NCBI RefSeq assembly: GCF_964355755.1
Contig: NC_092677.1
Location: 7,586,101 to 7,650,100, forward strand
Source: Antedon mediterranea
Taxonomy: Eukaryota; Animalia; Echinodermata
Length of the DNA: 64,000 bases
Direction of reading: 5' to 3'
The translations under genes were made by a program, and so were the position numbers. Shown here piece by piece: positions 40,701 to 52,363 of the stretch. The notes under the pieces were generated by a model. That model searched no databases. It had not been told where the DNA came from and saw only the letters and a list, made by a program, of their open reading frames with translations. The number at the start of each line of letters is the position of its first letter. Within the stretch, counting starts at the first letter, position 1.

Positions 40701-41027
40701 AGGCCTAGTGATTTTTGATAATTGTCACCTTACTTATGCCTACAATTTGTTTTTATTGATATTTCAACTTATCCGTTCTGGTTACTGTATATCCATATTC
40801 CCCTCGCAAACAACCCAGTCCATGTGCAAATTAAGTAAGGCTACTTACCGGGGATTTGATCAATTCTAAAATGCATTACCGGTAGACCTACATGTAAGTA
40901 AGTACACGTTGAGCCTAGTTTGATGAACGAAGGAAAACGAATAAATATTAATATGAATAAGTATAACAAAATACTTAGGCCTACCTAATATAAATACGAC
41001 ATAACGAACAATATTCGACATCCTCAT
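34702..41027 (-). CDS. type I membrane Ig-superfamily receptor (3 Ig-like domains, S/T stalk, TM, ITIM/ITSM tail), ~539 aa
   Basis: Phase-compatible exons: 41027-40985, 40914-40849, 40602-40315 (SGFYKC), 39924-39628 (C2-like), 39366-39325, 39000-38773 (EGDDVILNC..W..EAGNYTC), 38622-38467, 38155-38051 (TM), 37533-37506, 37053-36977, 35653-35599, 35426-35315 (PAVPPR), 34824-34702 (LLYAEI...TVYADL, TAG). Confidence 0.85.
36122..36869 (+). mobile_element. Helentron/HINE-like element with duplicated head
   Basis: TTTTAGTCGCGTGGACGCGACTCTATAGTTCACTATG(T/C)CGGTCGGTC(TGTC)n at ~36123 and ~36752, ending GGCCTTGTT; a related inverted copy lies at ~17951-18050. Confidence 0.65.
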
Positions 41028-42386
41028 ACTGACGGTTACGCAAAGTAATGGACAATTCGGGAATACGTCTGTCAGCTGCGACAAGATAGTGGAATACCTC
41101 CCTCATCAGCTTATTTAAATATTAATGTCTCGCATCGAAAGTTTTGTCTGTTTTGGGCATAGATAATAATAAGCACTGAAAAAGAGGCACTTTATGTATT
41201 GTCCCTTTGACTAATTAAAAAAAAAAGATCTTAAAAAAAAGTGGGTCATTTTTGAAGTATCAAAATTATTTAACTGAAATACAGACCTTTTTTTGTTAAA
41301 AAAATAACTTTGACTTCCAGTCAAAGTTTTCGATCAAAATATATCTCATAATGCAATGCGCTTGTTTGGCTGCTCTGTATGCATAATCATAAAATTTCCT
41401 CGCGATCTGTGTGAAAACACCTTCTCAACCGTGACGAGTTGTAAATGAATGAATGCGCTGCTTGCACAGCATTTATTTTCAAATATATAAATTATTTAAA
41501 ATTTGATGTTTGTACACAGATAAGCTCTTAAAATTAAATATACATAAAAAAAATAATGAAAAAACACATCAAAAGATAAAAAGAGCATCCAAACAATTGT
41601 CATGATGCCAACGAAAACGATGAGACACATTTTTAGTAATACAATCTTATCTAGATGTTTTATAGTCCAGTCCCTAAGGGGAGAAAAAGGGGTGGGATGT
41701 TACCAGACTGGATACAAATTTTTCAATATAGCAGTTTGGTAGAGTATAGTGTGGAGATGCCAAAACAAAGTTACTGGAAATCTGATTTGACCTCTGACCT
41801 CAATTTTTATATTTTTCTATTATATAACTAAAAATTGCCATATCTTGACAACGCATGGACATTTTACATTAATTTTTTTTTCAAAATGCTTGGAAGATAT
41901 ATATTTATATTCGCTATAATGAAAAAAATTGTACAAAAATGGCCGCAAAGGCTTTATTTTTCAGTTTGACCTTTGACCTTGATTGCCTAATATCTCAATA
42001 ACACGCAATCTCAGAGATTTGAGAATGGGTTCAAAATGTTAAGAAAATAAATCTAATATTTAGTCTAATAGAAACTTTTTTCAAAAAAATTACCATAAAT
42101 TAAGCTTTTTTGACCCTTGACCTCTAATGTTTGAATATGTCAATATCTCGGTAACTATTTGTCCTAAAAAGTTCAATTTGGTGTCAAATTGTTTAGAATA
42201 TACACATTTATATTTGCTCTAACAAAATATTTTGTCAGAATTCAATTGAAAATGTCATTTTGAGCTATGACCCATCCGTTTTGCATATATTAGCAATTAA
42301 TAATCTATAAAAAGAGATCGAGAGAGGGGAGGGGGTTGGGGTGGATGGAGAGACACATATTTTTTTTACATGTTACACAAATGTTA

Positions 42387-42522
42387 AACTCTGTCTGCAC
42401 TATAACATTTTTATGCGACAAAAAAATGTGATGTGCCCATATATGGACACGATGAATGACATATCACTACCATATTTGGGCACATCACACCTTTTTTGTT
42501 AAACTAGTTTATAGTGTAGACA
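42387..42522. mobile_element. PIF/Harbinger-like MITE, copy 4
   Basis: CTCTGTCTGCACTATA...TATAGTGTAGACA with the same GATGTGCCCATATATGG internal sequence as copies 1-3. Confidence 0.7.
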
Positions 42523-42999
42523 AACATGTAAAAAATATGTGTCTCTCCATCACCCCAACCACCTCCCCCTCTCTCGCTTTTCCAATGCTACTGCATGCAT
42601 CTATACACATCTAAATTGCCGGAATTGTACTGGAAAGTTTTTAGCTACATTTGAAAATAAGTCCCAGAGGATGGGTGTATTGTAATGTTATCAGAATTAT
42701 GGCAATTGTTTGTAATGGGAAAGTTTTAAAACTACGAAATATTTGCTAATAATATCACATGCTATTAAAGATATACTTATTTTCCCCCTGACAAAAGTAA
42801 TTTTGACAAATATTTTTGTTGAATATGCAATTTTAATGTCACACATAATAGTTTCACCAAAAATTGGATTGAAAAAAATGATATAGTGCATACCCAAAAA
42901 AACTGTAATTCAAAACAAAAAATAGGCTGGAAGTCAATGTGATTTTGGTTAAATTAACTGTTTATTTTGTCTTTAAAGTGATATTTACTCTATTTTTTA

Positions 43000-43480
43000 G
43001 ATTAGCTCTTTGAATAAACACCTCTTCCAATGCAGTGAAGATCTTAAGTGTCGCCTTGTCTTACTAATCTTCCTTAACTTCTCTTTGAACGATCGTAATC
43101 AATATTTGTTGAGGTATAATATTTCCCTCAAATGCTTTCTGATAATCTCTAAATCAAAGATTTGGTGATATTCATTTCCTTTTTATTTTAGTTGATTGAC
43201 AAACTGTATAAGATGGTCCTACAAAGCCATGGTTTATTTTTTGATTACTTTTGTAAATTATTTGTGTACATGTGATAATGTTCGATTGGTCGGTAATGGT
43301 TGATGTCAGTTTTGTCATGTTTTTGTTGATTAAAGTATAATTATCATTGCTTCTCTTCATTTCTTCTGGTTTCAAAGATTTTGTTGTATAGTGTTATGAG
43401 CTGGATGTGTTATTGCCTCATCAAGCCAAGATGGTAATTTTGACTGCTCACTGGTTTGTTTTCCTTTTATATTCCACTAC
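43000..43480 (-). pseudogene. decayed LINE reverse-transcriptase fragment
   Basis: Minus-strand fragments LYNKIFE, DINHYRPI and DYQKAF, the non-LTR RT YRPI and D..KAF motifs, interrupted by frameshifts. Confidence 0.65.
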
Positions 43481-45426
43481 AGTATGTTCTTGAAAAGAAA
43501 TCAGCTTTGTAATTAATTTGTCTTTGATCCTTTTCAGATTTCTAATATTTTAAACATATGTTTTTCTTTTCTTCACTTTTTCCTCACTGTTTCAAACATT
43601 TTATTTTTTCAGGATACTTCAAGCAATGAATTGATAATTAGGTCATATGTTTTATGAGTATCAAATCGCATTGGTTAATTCTTCTTTTCTTTCTTTAAGA
43701 TCTTGATTTTCTTTTTTTTTTAAATGTTATTTAACTTTAAGTTTATCTAATGTTTTGTTGATATTAAGTGTTGCTCTTACGGTGTAGGCCTACCATGCGA
43801 TGGAATTATATATATTGAAATTAAATTAAACATTAAGTTTTAAGAAAATTGTAAAAGGCTAAATAGGATATTGAATGTAGTTCTGGTCCATTAAATCTAA
43901 ATTTTAGGTATATTATTATAAGTATGACACACGCACGCTTTACAGTATATCCTGGTTATACCTCAAACTGGCATTTCCAGTAAAAATATGATAACATCTT
44001 CTATTAGAGCTAATATAAATGTTTACATTCTGAACATTTTGACACCAAGTTGAACTTTTTATGACATTTGGTTACAGAGATACAGATATATTTAAACATT
44101 AAAGGTCAAAGGTAAGTAAATGACATTTCCTGTGAATTTGGAAGAACATTTAATTAGAGTATATATAAATATGTATGCTCTTAACAATTTGAAACAAATT
44201 TCAAGAAATTTTGACCAGTAGTTATTGAGATATAGTAAGCCGAGGTCAAAGGTCAAAACATTGAGAAATTACATTTCCTGTCGTTTTTTTGAAAAAAGTT
44301 CTATTAGAGCGGATATAAATATGTACCCTCTGATCTATTTGACACCAATATTATTTCAATTGTCAAACCCGTTGCGGAGATATGCCTGTTTAAGATAGAA
44401 ATATAAAAATTGAGGTCAGAGGTCACAGAGGTCAAATCAGATTTCCAGTAACTTTGTTTTGGTATCTCCATATCATGTTCTATCAACATGCCAAAGGGCA
44501 CACTTGTATCCACTATGGTAACATCATTTCCCCTTAGGGACCGGACTATTACTGTTATATATAGTTATGGAGTTCGGAATAAATGACTTTCTATATCTGC
44601 CAGTTCGAGTCCTAATTAGCATCATGCATAATGGTAGAGCAGTTAATGACATGTGCATTTTATTACCAAAGCATGGAACTTGGCCCAAAGTTTCTTTAAT
44701 GTGTATAGATTCAAAATATCGGGGGGTGCCAAGTGTCCAAGGTCCGGTATGGCGGCCATCTTGATTTTAAAATGGCCACTATAAAAACAAAAAATGTTCA
44801 TATCTTGGCAACTATACACATTAGAGACTTAATTCTGGTCTCAAATTGTTCACAAACTATATATTTCTATTTGCTCTAATGAAAAGTTTCGTCCAAAAAT
44901 GACCGGAAATGACGTTTCTTTCAGTTTAACCTTTGAACTCGTATTTGTATATCTCTGTAACTACTGGTCATTTTCAAACAATTTTGGTGTCATTTTGTTC
45001 AGAATAAATATATTTATATTTGTAGTAATGAAACATTTTCACATAAAATGACCGGAAATACAATTTATGACCTTTGACATTTATTTATTGAATTTTAATT
45101 ATATGAATATACTGTATGTGTTTTTTGTTAAATGCACCTAATTTTGAACTTTCACCTGTTGGCGTAATTATATTAAATGATTAATGGACTTAAATTGTAT
45201 ATAGTACATAAGATTGGTAAACATTGTGCTTGGTGGTACCATTAGTTTAATGATGATGGCACCTTCTGATTCGTTAAAAGTTTTAATAGTTTGACAGAGG
45301 AAATAATAACATGTTATGGAATACCGTAAAACCTCGAAAAGGTGATAGTATGAGCTTCTTTTCGAGATAGACTGTATGTGAATGTCAAATAAATAGTAAT
45401 ATGATGATCGTGTTTATATCAATAAA

Positions 45427-45788
45427 CACGCGGCTTTACCACGTGGAAACACCGGTTCTCGTCAGATCACCGAAGTTAAGCAACGTTGGGCCTGGTTAGA
45501 GCTTGGATTGGAGACCATCTGGGAATAGCGGGTGCTGTATACGGAGCTGGGGTCCCATTAGGCATTTGAAATCAGCACTGCTGAATCTTATGGCAGCCCT
45601 TGCATCTAGTATCTGCCACAGACCTCTGGTCAAGGTGGGCACTGGACGAGAGAAGCCCTTGATCAATATCAGGATCAATCAAGGTGCTTTAAACAGTCCT
45701 GGCTTTGTTTGTATCAAACCCGTTAGTGGGGGTAATTATCGCTGTTGGTTTCGATTGAATAAAATAAAATAAAATAAAAAATAAAAAT
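45427..45788 (+). mobile_element. 5S rRNA-derived SINE (SINE3-type)
   Basis: 45427-45539 is a diverged 5S (CACCGGTTCTCGTCAGATCACCGAAGTTAAGCAACG...GGGAATAGCGGGTGCTGTA) with no T-run terminator, then ~220 bp body and an (AATAA)n tail. Confidence 0.8.
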
Positions 45789-45909
45789 TAATGACCTTAC
45801 AATGAACCCTTTATATTTCAACAATCAAGCCTCAGTTATTATACAATTTATTGTTTTCCAAGTGGTAGACCTATTTTGATTGCATCTTCTTTTTGTATGC
45901 TTCCTCGGT

Positions 45910-46390
45910 TAATATGGTCCTACCCCTCCTTCTTTGTAGATTCTCTGTAGATGGTCTTCTTTGTCTGTAGATGGTCCTACACCCCCTTCTTTGTCTGTGG
46001 ATGGTCCTACACCCCCTTCTTTGTCTGTGGATGGTCCTACACCCCCTTCTTTGTCTGTGGATGGTCCTACACCCCCTCTTTGTCTGTGGATGGTCTTATA
46101 CCTTTTTCTTTGTATGTAGATGGCCGTATACCCCCCTTCTTTGTCTGGGGATGGTCTTATACCCCTTTCTTTGTGTGTGAATGGTCTTACACCCCCTTTT
46201 TTGTCTGTGGATGGTCTTATACCCCCTTCTTTGTCTGTGGATGGTCTTTTACCCACTTCTTTGTCTGTGGATGGTCTTACACCCCCTTCTTTGTCTGTGG
46301 ATGGTCTTATACCCCCTTCTTTGTCTGTGGATGGTCTTTTACCCACTTCTTTGTCTGTGGAGTGTCTTACACCCCCTTCTTTTTCTGGAC
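45910..46390. repeat. 30-bp minisatellite, ~16 copies
   Basis: Unit TTGTCTGTGGATGGTC(C/T)TA(C/T)ACCCCCTTCT. Confidence 0.97.
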
Positions 46391-48451
46391 TCACTAGTTT
46401 GATTGATTGAATCAGACATTGTTTCTTGTATGATTAGGAGACCAAGACCTTCAAAGTGAAAGTCCACAGGTGGACGCCTAAAAAGGTCTTGTACAGAACA
46501 GTATATTGTAGGTCCATGTCACTAATTTGAGGATTACTTGAATAATTACTTATTGAGATGTCTTTAACGAATTGATTTGGTTTGGATTTTGCTAAAAAAT
46601 CAATGACTAGAGAAAATCGAGGAAAAGGATTCAGATGAAAGGTTTACAGCAAAGACCCATTACCATAAAAATTGAGTACATTTTTTTAGATGCAACGAAA
46701 ATGAACAAGAATTATCTGAGTTTCTGACTAATGAAAGTAGGTCTACTGCACAAATGCAGGATAAGTTTGTAGTAAGTACTTTGAAAGACGGTGTTCTCTT
46801 AACTCATGAAAATGAGAACTTCCCGAACTTGTCTCATATGCAACATCAAAAAGGCCAACGAAAAAATGCTACTTTACATCAAAAATATTTCCAAATGGCA
46901 TCTAACGATTGACACATCACAGTTTAGCAAACAAGTCAGCATAGATGAGCTCAGTGATTGCTGTTTCTCAGTTATCTGTCATACTTTACACCTATCCTAT
47001 CACATCAAAAGTAAACAATTCAGAATAATTCCTGGTCATTTTTGCATTAAGTGTCATTTATTTCGGTAAAAAAAATTAGGTGCATTTATACCAATGTAAA
47101 CCACATACAGTATGTTCACATAATTATATATGTCAAAGGTTATAAATTGTATTTCCAGTCATTTTATGTGAAAATGTTTCATTACTACAAATATAAATGT
47201 CTCTATTCTGAACAAAATGACACCAAAATCGATTGAAAATGATCATTAGTTACTGAGATATACAGATAAGAGGTCAAAGGTCAAACTGGACGAAACGTCA
47301 TTTTTGGACGAAACTTTTTATTAGAACCAATAGAAATATGTAGTCTGTGAACAATTTAACACCAGAATCAAATCTCTACTGTTCATAGTTCCAAGATATG
47401 AACACTTTTTGTTTTTATGGTTGCCATTTTGAAATCAAGATGGCCGCCATACCAGACGTTGGATACTTGGCACCCCCCGATATTTTGAATCTATATTTCA
47501 CGGACACAAATCAAACAGCTTAGAAATGCTCCTTTAAGTATAACCGTTTTATTCAATGATTGAATATGTGTGTATGGTACGTATGGTAACTGAAAATAAC
47601 AGAAAGTATAATTCCTTCAAATTGATATTCAAATACAGTAGTACATAGAAAATACTTTAAACCTTGCTATCATATAAATATGATTATACAGTATATGCTA
47701 TATTATTGTTAATTAAATTGTTACATAGTTTGTTGTTTACATACAGTATCTTTTATAGTATGACATAACTTACAAAGCTGTGAGCCTATGGATGCAGCAC
47801 AATGAAAAACATCTGTGAATTTCTACTGTTAAACTTTAATACCTATGAATGAAAAACTATAACTGACAATCTACGAAATCTATAAAACTACAGTATTAAA
47901 AAGTACAAAATACAACAAATGTAAGCATTAAGGGATCACCCTAAACATAACAATCAAAAAGGTACATCCAGTCGCCTTTTCAACACTATCCCTGTTGCCA
48001 TAGCAACTAAGAAGACACCATCCCGCAAACCTAGGCTATACAGCATCTCGCGCACATGTGTGCATACTGTATGATAACTAGTTCACCCTTCGAACTATAC
48101 ACAATCAAAACTATTATATAGATTCCCAAAATGCAATAACATTAATATCCATAGTATCCTAAATATATCTAAAACAAGCTGATTCAACAATTATAGTGAT
48201 TTATCCATTTTAAACTAATATTTCTTACCTACAAAGGTACGACTGAAGTTTATGACTGATTCATCTAACTATAGGCAAAACAGTGCCGCGAAAAGTTACA
48301 ATATGAAACGCCACAAATATTGTATGGAAGGCAACTGCGGCCAGCATACTCCCTCGTGATGACACTTCATCACCACTAACATTCTCTAACATATTATAAC
48401 TATTCAAAATAACATTAACAATTCAATGGTCATAACATATTTATGCGTTAA

Positions 48452-49651
48452 CTAAACAGATTCGACCAGTAATACCAGTTCATGTATAGGTCTTTGATAC
48501 TCAGAGTTAGTTGAAGGTAGCCGTATGTTGACTTTTCGAACATAGCCGTCATCGCTGGTAAAAGTTTGGGTGATTATGCCAAGATGCCATTGATTTCTTT
48601 TAACATTCTTCTCCCACAATAATACAATATCTCCTACACGAAAGTTTCGCTGCTCTTTCTTCCAAAGTCGTCTCTGTTGAAGGGTTTGTAAGTAATGTAT
48701 TCTCCATTGTTTCCAAAATTGGTTTGCTAATACCTGCACCATTTTCCACTGTGCTTGAAACATGTTGGATACATTGTCATCCACTGCAATTTCTTCAATA
48801 CAACCATGTTTCTGAGTTAGCAATAATGCTGGGCTCAAGTAAGACACTTCGTCAGGATCTGTAGTTAATGGTACTAATGGTCGTGAATTGATAATTGCCA
48901 TTGCCTCTGCCATAAAGGTAACCAATACTTCATGGGAAAGAGATTTTCCTTTGTAGTTATAAAGTATACCATCGAGTACCTTTCTCGTCACACCAATCAT
49001 CCTCTCCCATACGCCTCCCATATGGGACGAATGAGGTGGATTTAACTTCCACTCTGCTTCGTTTTTTAGCAAATATGTTTGGATTTTGTCATCCCCAATC
49101 GCACCAATGAAATTGGAACCTTGGTCTGATCTGAAAAGCTTGACTTTTCCTCTGATTGCTATCAACCTCCTCATTGCATTTATGAAAGAAGATGAACTCA
49201 TTGTCTCAACAACTTCAATGGGAACGGCTCTCCACGTTAAACATGTAAACATTACCGCCCATCTTTTGTTTTGGGCAACACCTCCTCTCGTTTTTCTGGC
49301 TACCACTTCCCATGGCCCAAAGCAATCCACTCCAACATTAGTGAATGGAGGAGTACATGTAATCCGGTCTTCTGGTAGATCAGCTAAGCGTTGCAAACTT
49401 ATCTTTCCCTTTAGTTTTCTACAAACAACACAATGGTGGATGACAGAAGATACAACTGCTTTCAGACCTGTAACCCAGTAACCAGCCTCTCTCACAGCCC
49501 CCTCTGTGAACTGTCTTCCCTGATGGTGAATACTGTTGTGAAACCTTCGTACAAGTAGTTTTGCAATATATGATTTGCCTGGTATGATAACTGGATGCTT
49601 TACAACAATAGGAAGATTAGCTTCTCGAAGACGTCCGCCAACACACAACAA
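48452..49651 (-). CDS. BEL/Pao integrase (HHCC, DDE, C-terminal DUF5641-like)
   Basis: H..HHQG...C..C zinc finger; VGVDCFGP, SDQGSNF, GGVWER catalytic motifs; FWKQW..YLQTLQQR; RPIHELVLL. Confidence 0.93.
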   Translation of the reverse strand: MLCVGGRLREANLPIVVKHPVIIPGKSYIAKLLVRRFHNSIHHQGRQFTEGAVREAGYWVTGLKAVVSSVIHHCVVCRKLKGKISLQRLADLPEDRITCTPPFTNVGVDCFGPWEVVARKTRGGVAQNKRWAVMFTCLTWRAVPIEVVETMSSSSFINAMRRLIAIRGKVKLFRSDQGSNFIGAIGDDKIQTYLLKNEAEWKLNPPHSSHMGGVWERMIGVTRKVLDGILYNYKGKSLSHEVLVTFMAEAMAIINSRPLVPLTTDPDEVSYLSPALLLTQKHGCIEEIAVDDNVSNMFQAQWKMVQVLANQFWKQWRIHYLQTLQQRRLWKKEQRNFRVGDIVLLWEKNVKRNQWHLGIITQTFTSDDGYVRKVNIRLPSTNSEYQRPIHELVLLVESV

Positions 49652-49658
49652 CCCATCT

Positions 49659-52363
49659 TTATTTATTTATCAGGGCTAATGAGAGAATCTTTGAATCGTT
49701 AGGTAGTTGTTCATTTCTATCAAAACATCTCAATTCTTGCTGATAGAACAAATCTTGAAGTTGTCTGATTACAATAAATTCGGCCTTTTGTTTGATTTCC
49801 AAATTATAGAAGTGACAATGATGCCAGCCTACTTTACATTTAATTTCATTATTCTTTTTGAATGACTGGGCCACATGAATTAGAAATGCAACAGCCTTAA
49901 TGAAACGTTCCCAACATGAGAACTTCTTGGCTGTTTCTGGAAGTTGGTTGCTTGGTAATTCGTTCTTGCGAACCACCACTTGGCTTTCTTGTCTGATTTC
50001 CTTATCTTCATCAGGCTCTACTAAGGAAAACTTGTCATCTGTCTTTATGTCAAACACAGTACAATCCGGACCAGTTAACCACGGACAACTCTTCATGGTA
50101 CGGGCAGACACTTGGCGAGTACCATAATCCGCTGGATTCTTGCTTGTCTGGATATATCTCCACTGTCGAGGGTCTGGAAACTGCAATATTTTTGTGGTGG
50201 GCCTTCTTGTTGGTAGCACTTGTGTGCGTAGGCAGTTCGTGCTTTGTCTGTGTAAGCCACCAAGGCATGCTTCGCCAATCACAACCCAACCTAGGTCTAG
50301 CCGTTGCCCCCAAGGGGCGTTGTTAGGTCCGTTTATTACGTCTCTCACTTTGTGTGCTTGGGGTACATCCCTTCCTAGTAAAACTAGAACTTCTGCACTC
50401 TGGTCTACAGTTGGTATTTCACTAGAAATTGATTGCAAATGAGGAAATGCTCTTGCCACTTCTGGAGTGGGAATTTCTGATCTGTTACTTGGAATTTCGT
50501 CACATTCCAACAGGTTAGACACTTCAATCTTGACATCTGTGCTGAGAGACTCTATTACAAGATTTTCCATTTTTCTTCCAGTCACTCTTCTTTCTCCATT
50601 ACATGTTTTAATTCTGTAGTCTAATTTCTCGCCAGATATTTGCAGCAATTTGAATAATTTGGTATCTACTAACGATTTGTTGCTCTGTTCATCAATAAGC
50701 GCATAAGCCTTCACTTTATTTTCTGGGTTATCCGGCATGTATAGGTTGACTAAACAAATCTTTGCGCATGACCTGCTCACACCATCCTTGCAAATCTCTG
50801 TGCATTTGGTACAGACTATTGGTACGGGTGCATGTGTTGGTGCTGTGTTTTCAGTACTTTGTTGAGGCGTCTCTCCAGAGGGTTGCAGTTGTGCAGTGTT
50901 TTTCTGTGGCTGTGCAGTGTTTTGTTGCTGTTATTGTACAGTGTGCATTGATGATACATGTTTTGGGCTGTTGCACTCACTGCATTTTACTTCTGCTTTG
51001 CAATCTCTGGCGAGGTGGTCAGATGATGCGATGCATCGAAAACACAATCTGTTGTTTTTTATTATCTTTTTCTTTTCGAGATAGGGTTTGTTTATAAAGA
51101 CTCGACATCTCTCAAGAGGATGTGATGCACCAGAATGAAGTGGGCACATTATAGACTCTTTGCTGTTCTTGTTTTTGTCTTTTACACTCGTCTTTGTAAC
51201 TCTCACGGTTTGTTGCTTTGGCTTTTCTTTTGTTTTATTTGCATCACATGTGATACCAAAGATTGGATCATTTGCCTTCCTTGACTCTTTTTGTGTGAAT
51301 TTGACAAAATCTTGGAATTTGATCGGTTTCTTGTTTTCTTTTAGATTTACAGCTATGTTGCGCCACTTATCATGCAAATAGAATGGTAATTTGTCCATTA
51401 ATTTCTTTAAATGTTCTGGATATTCAAGGATTCTACTTGCATTCACATGTTCTGCTGTGTGTAAGCACTCTACAAGGAACAACGAAAACTCATCTAAAGC
51501 TTTAGGATCTGCTGGCTTTAATCTTGGCCAATCTCATGCTTTCTTGATGTATTCACTGGCAATGAATTCACTGTCACCATATCTGTCTTCTAATTGCGAC
51601 ATAGCCATATGGTAGGCCTTATCTGACGGTAAGTGGCTGTAACCTACAACAACTCTATTGGCTTCTCCTATTGTCATTTCTTCGAGATAGGCCATTTTTT
51701 CTTCCTCAGAATTGGTATTGGTAACAATGTGAGAATTGAACTGCGATCCTAAATCTAGGGTATTCTATTGGGTTTCCGTTAAATTTCTTTATCGTGTGTA
51801 TAGGCTTTCTTAAGCTTTTCACAATTTCGGCAACGGCATCATAGGATGGAGCGAATGTCTTGGCTGTTGGGTTGAGTTGTTTTCTATGATTTTTAGGAGT
51901 GATTACATTTTCATCACCACAGGCAGAAACCTCTGGGGTAATATCCAGTGCTGGCATAGCTGCTGGTTTAACTGGAGAAGTTTCTAGGTATTGATTGAAA
52001 CCATTGTTTAATGACATGGGTTGAGGAACTATAGGTATTTCAATAGGTGAACTTCTATCAGGTATAGACATTATAAATTTTGATACCTGACTACGTTTGT
52101 CTTCTTCTGGAACGTTGATTTGTGATTTTGAATCACTGTATGACCTTAATTCTTGATCTAAGGCCTCTGATCTGGCTTGCGCCGTTGCCAGGGCTTCTTC
52201 TTAGTTCGAGGTTTTCTATCTCAACTTGAGCCTTTATAGCCGCTATCTTGGCTTCAGCTTTCTTTTTTGCGAACGTTTTCTGTGCAGTTTTCACAGCTAA
52301 CTCTGCCCATGCTTGGGCTGCAGTCAGTTCCAATTGGCTTCTCGCTGAAGAGATGCTGGACAT
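49659..52363 (-). pseudogene. BEL/Pao gag, zinc knuckle, aspartic protease and RNase H remnant, disrupted
   Basis: FNGNPIEY gag motif, CFRC...H..C..C..C...H knuckle, ALIDEQS protease, LGWVVIG, then a jump to QWRYI...NPAD; several frameshifts and stops. Confidence 0.88.

Larger units (their letters stand above)
41663..44548. mobile_element. Academ-like non-autonomous DNA transposon with long TIRs
   Basis: Termini TAGTCC(A/G)GTCCCTAAGGGGA, TTA duplicated on both flanks, inverted similarity extending several hundred bp (e.g. CAAAACAAAGTTACTGGAAATCTGATTTGACCTCTG). Confidence 0.8.

Noticed and set aside
45427-45539. Functional 5S rRNA gene
   Set aside because: Diverged termini and C-box region, no T-run terminator, followed by a SINE-like body and tail.
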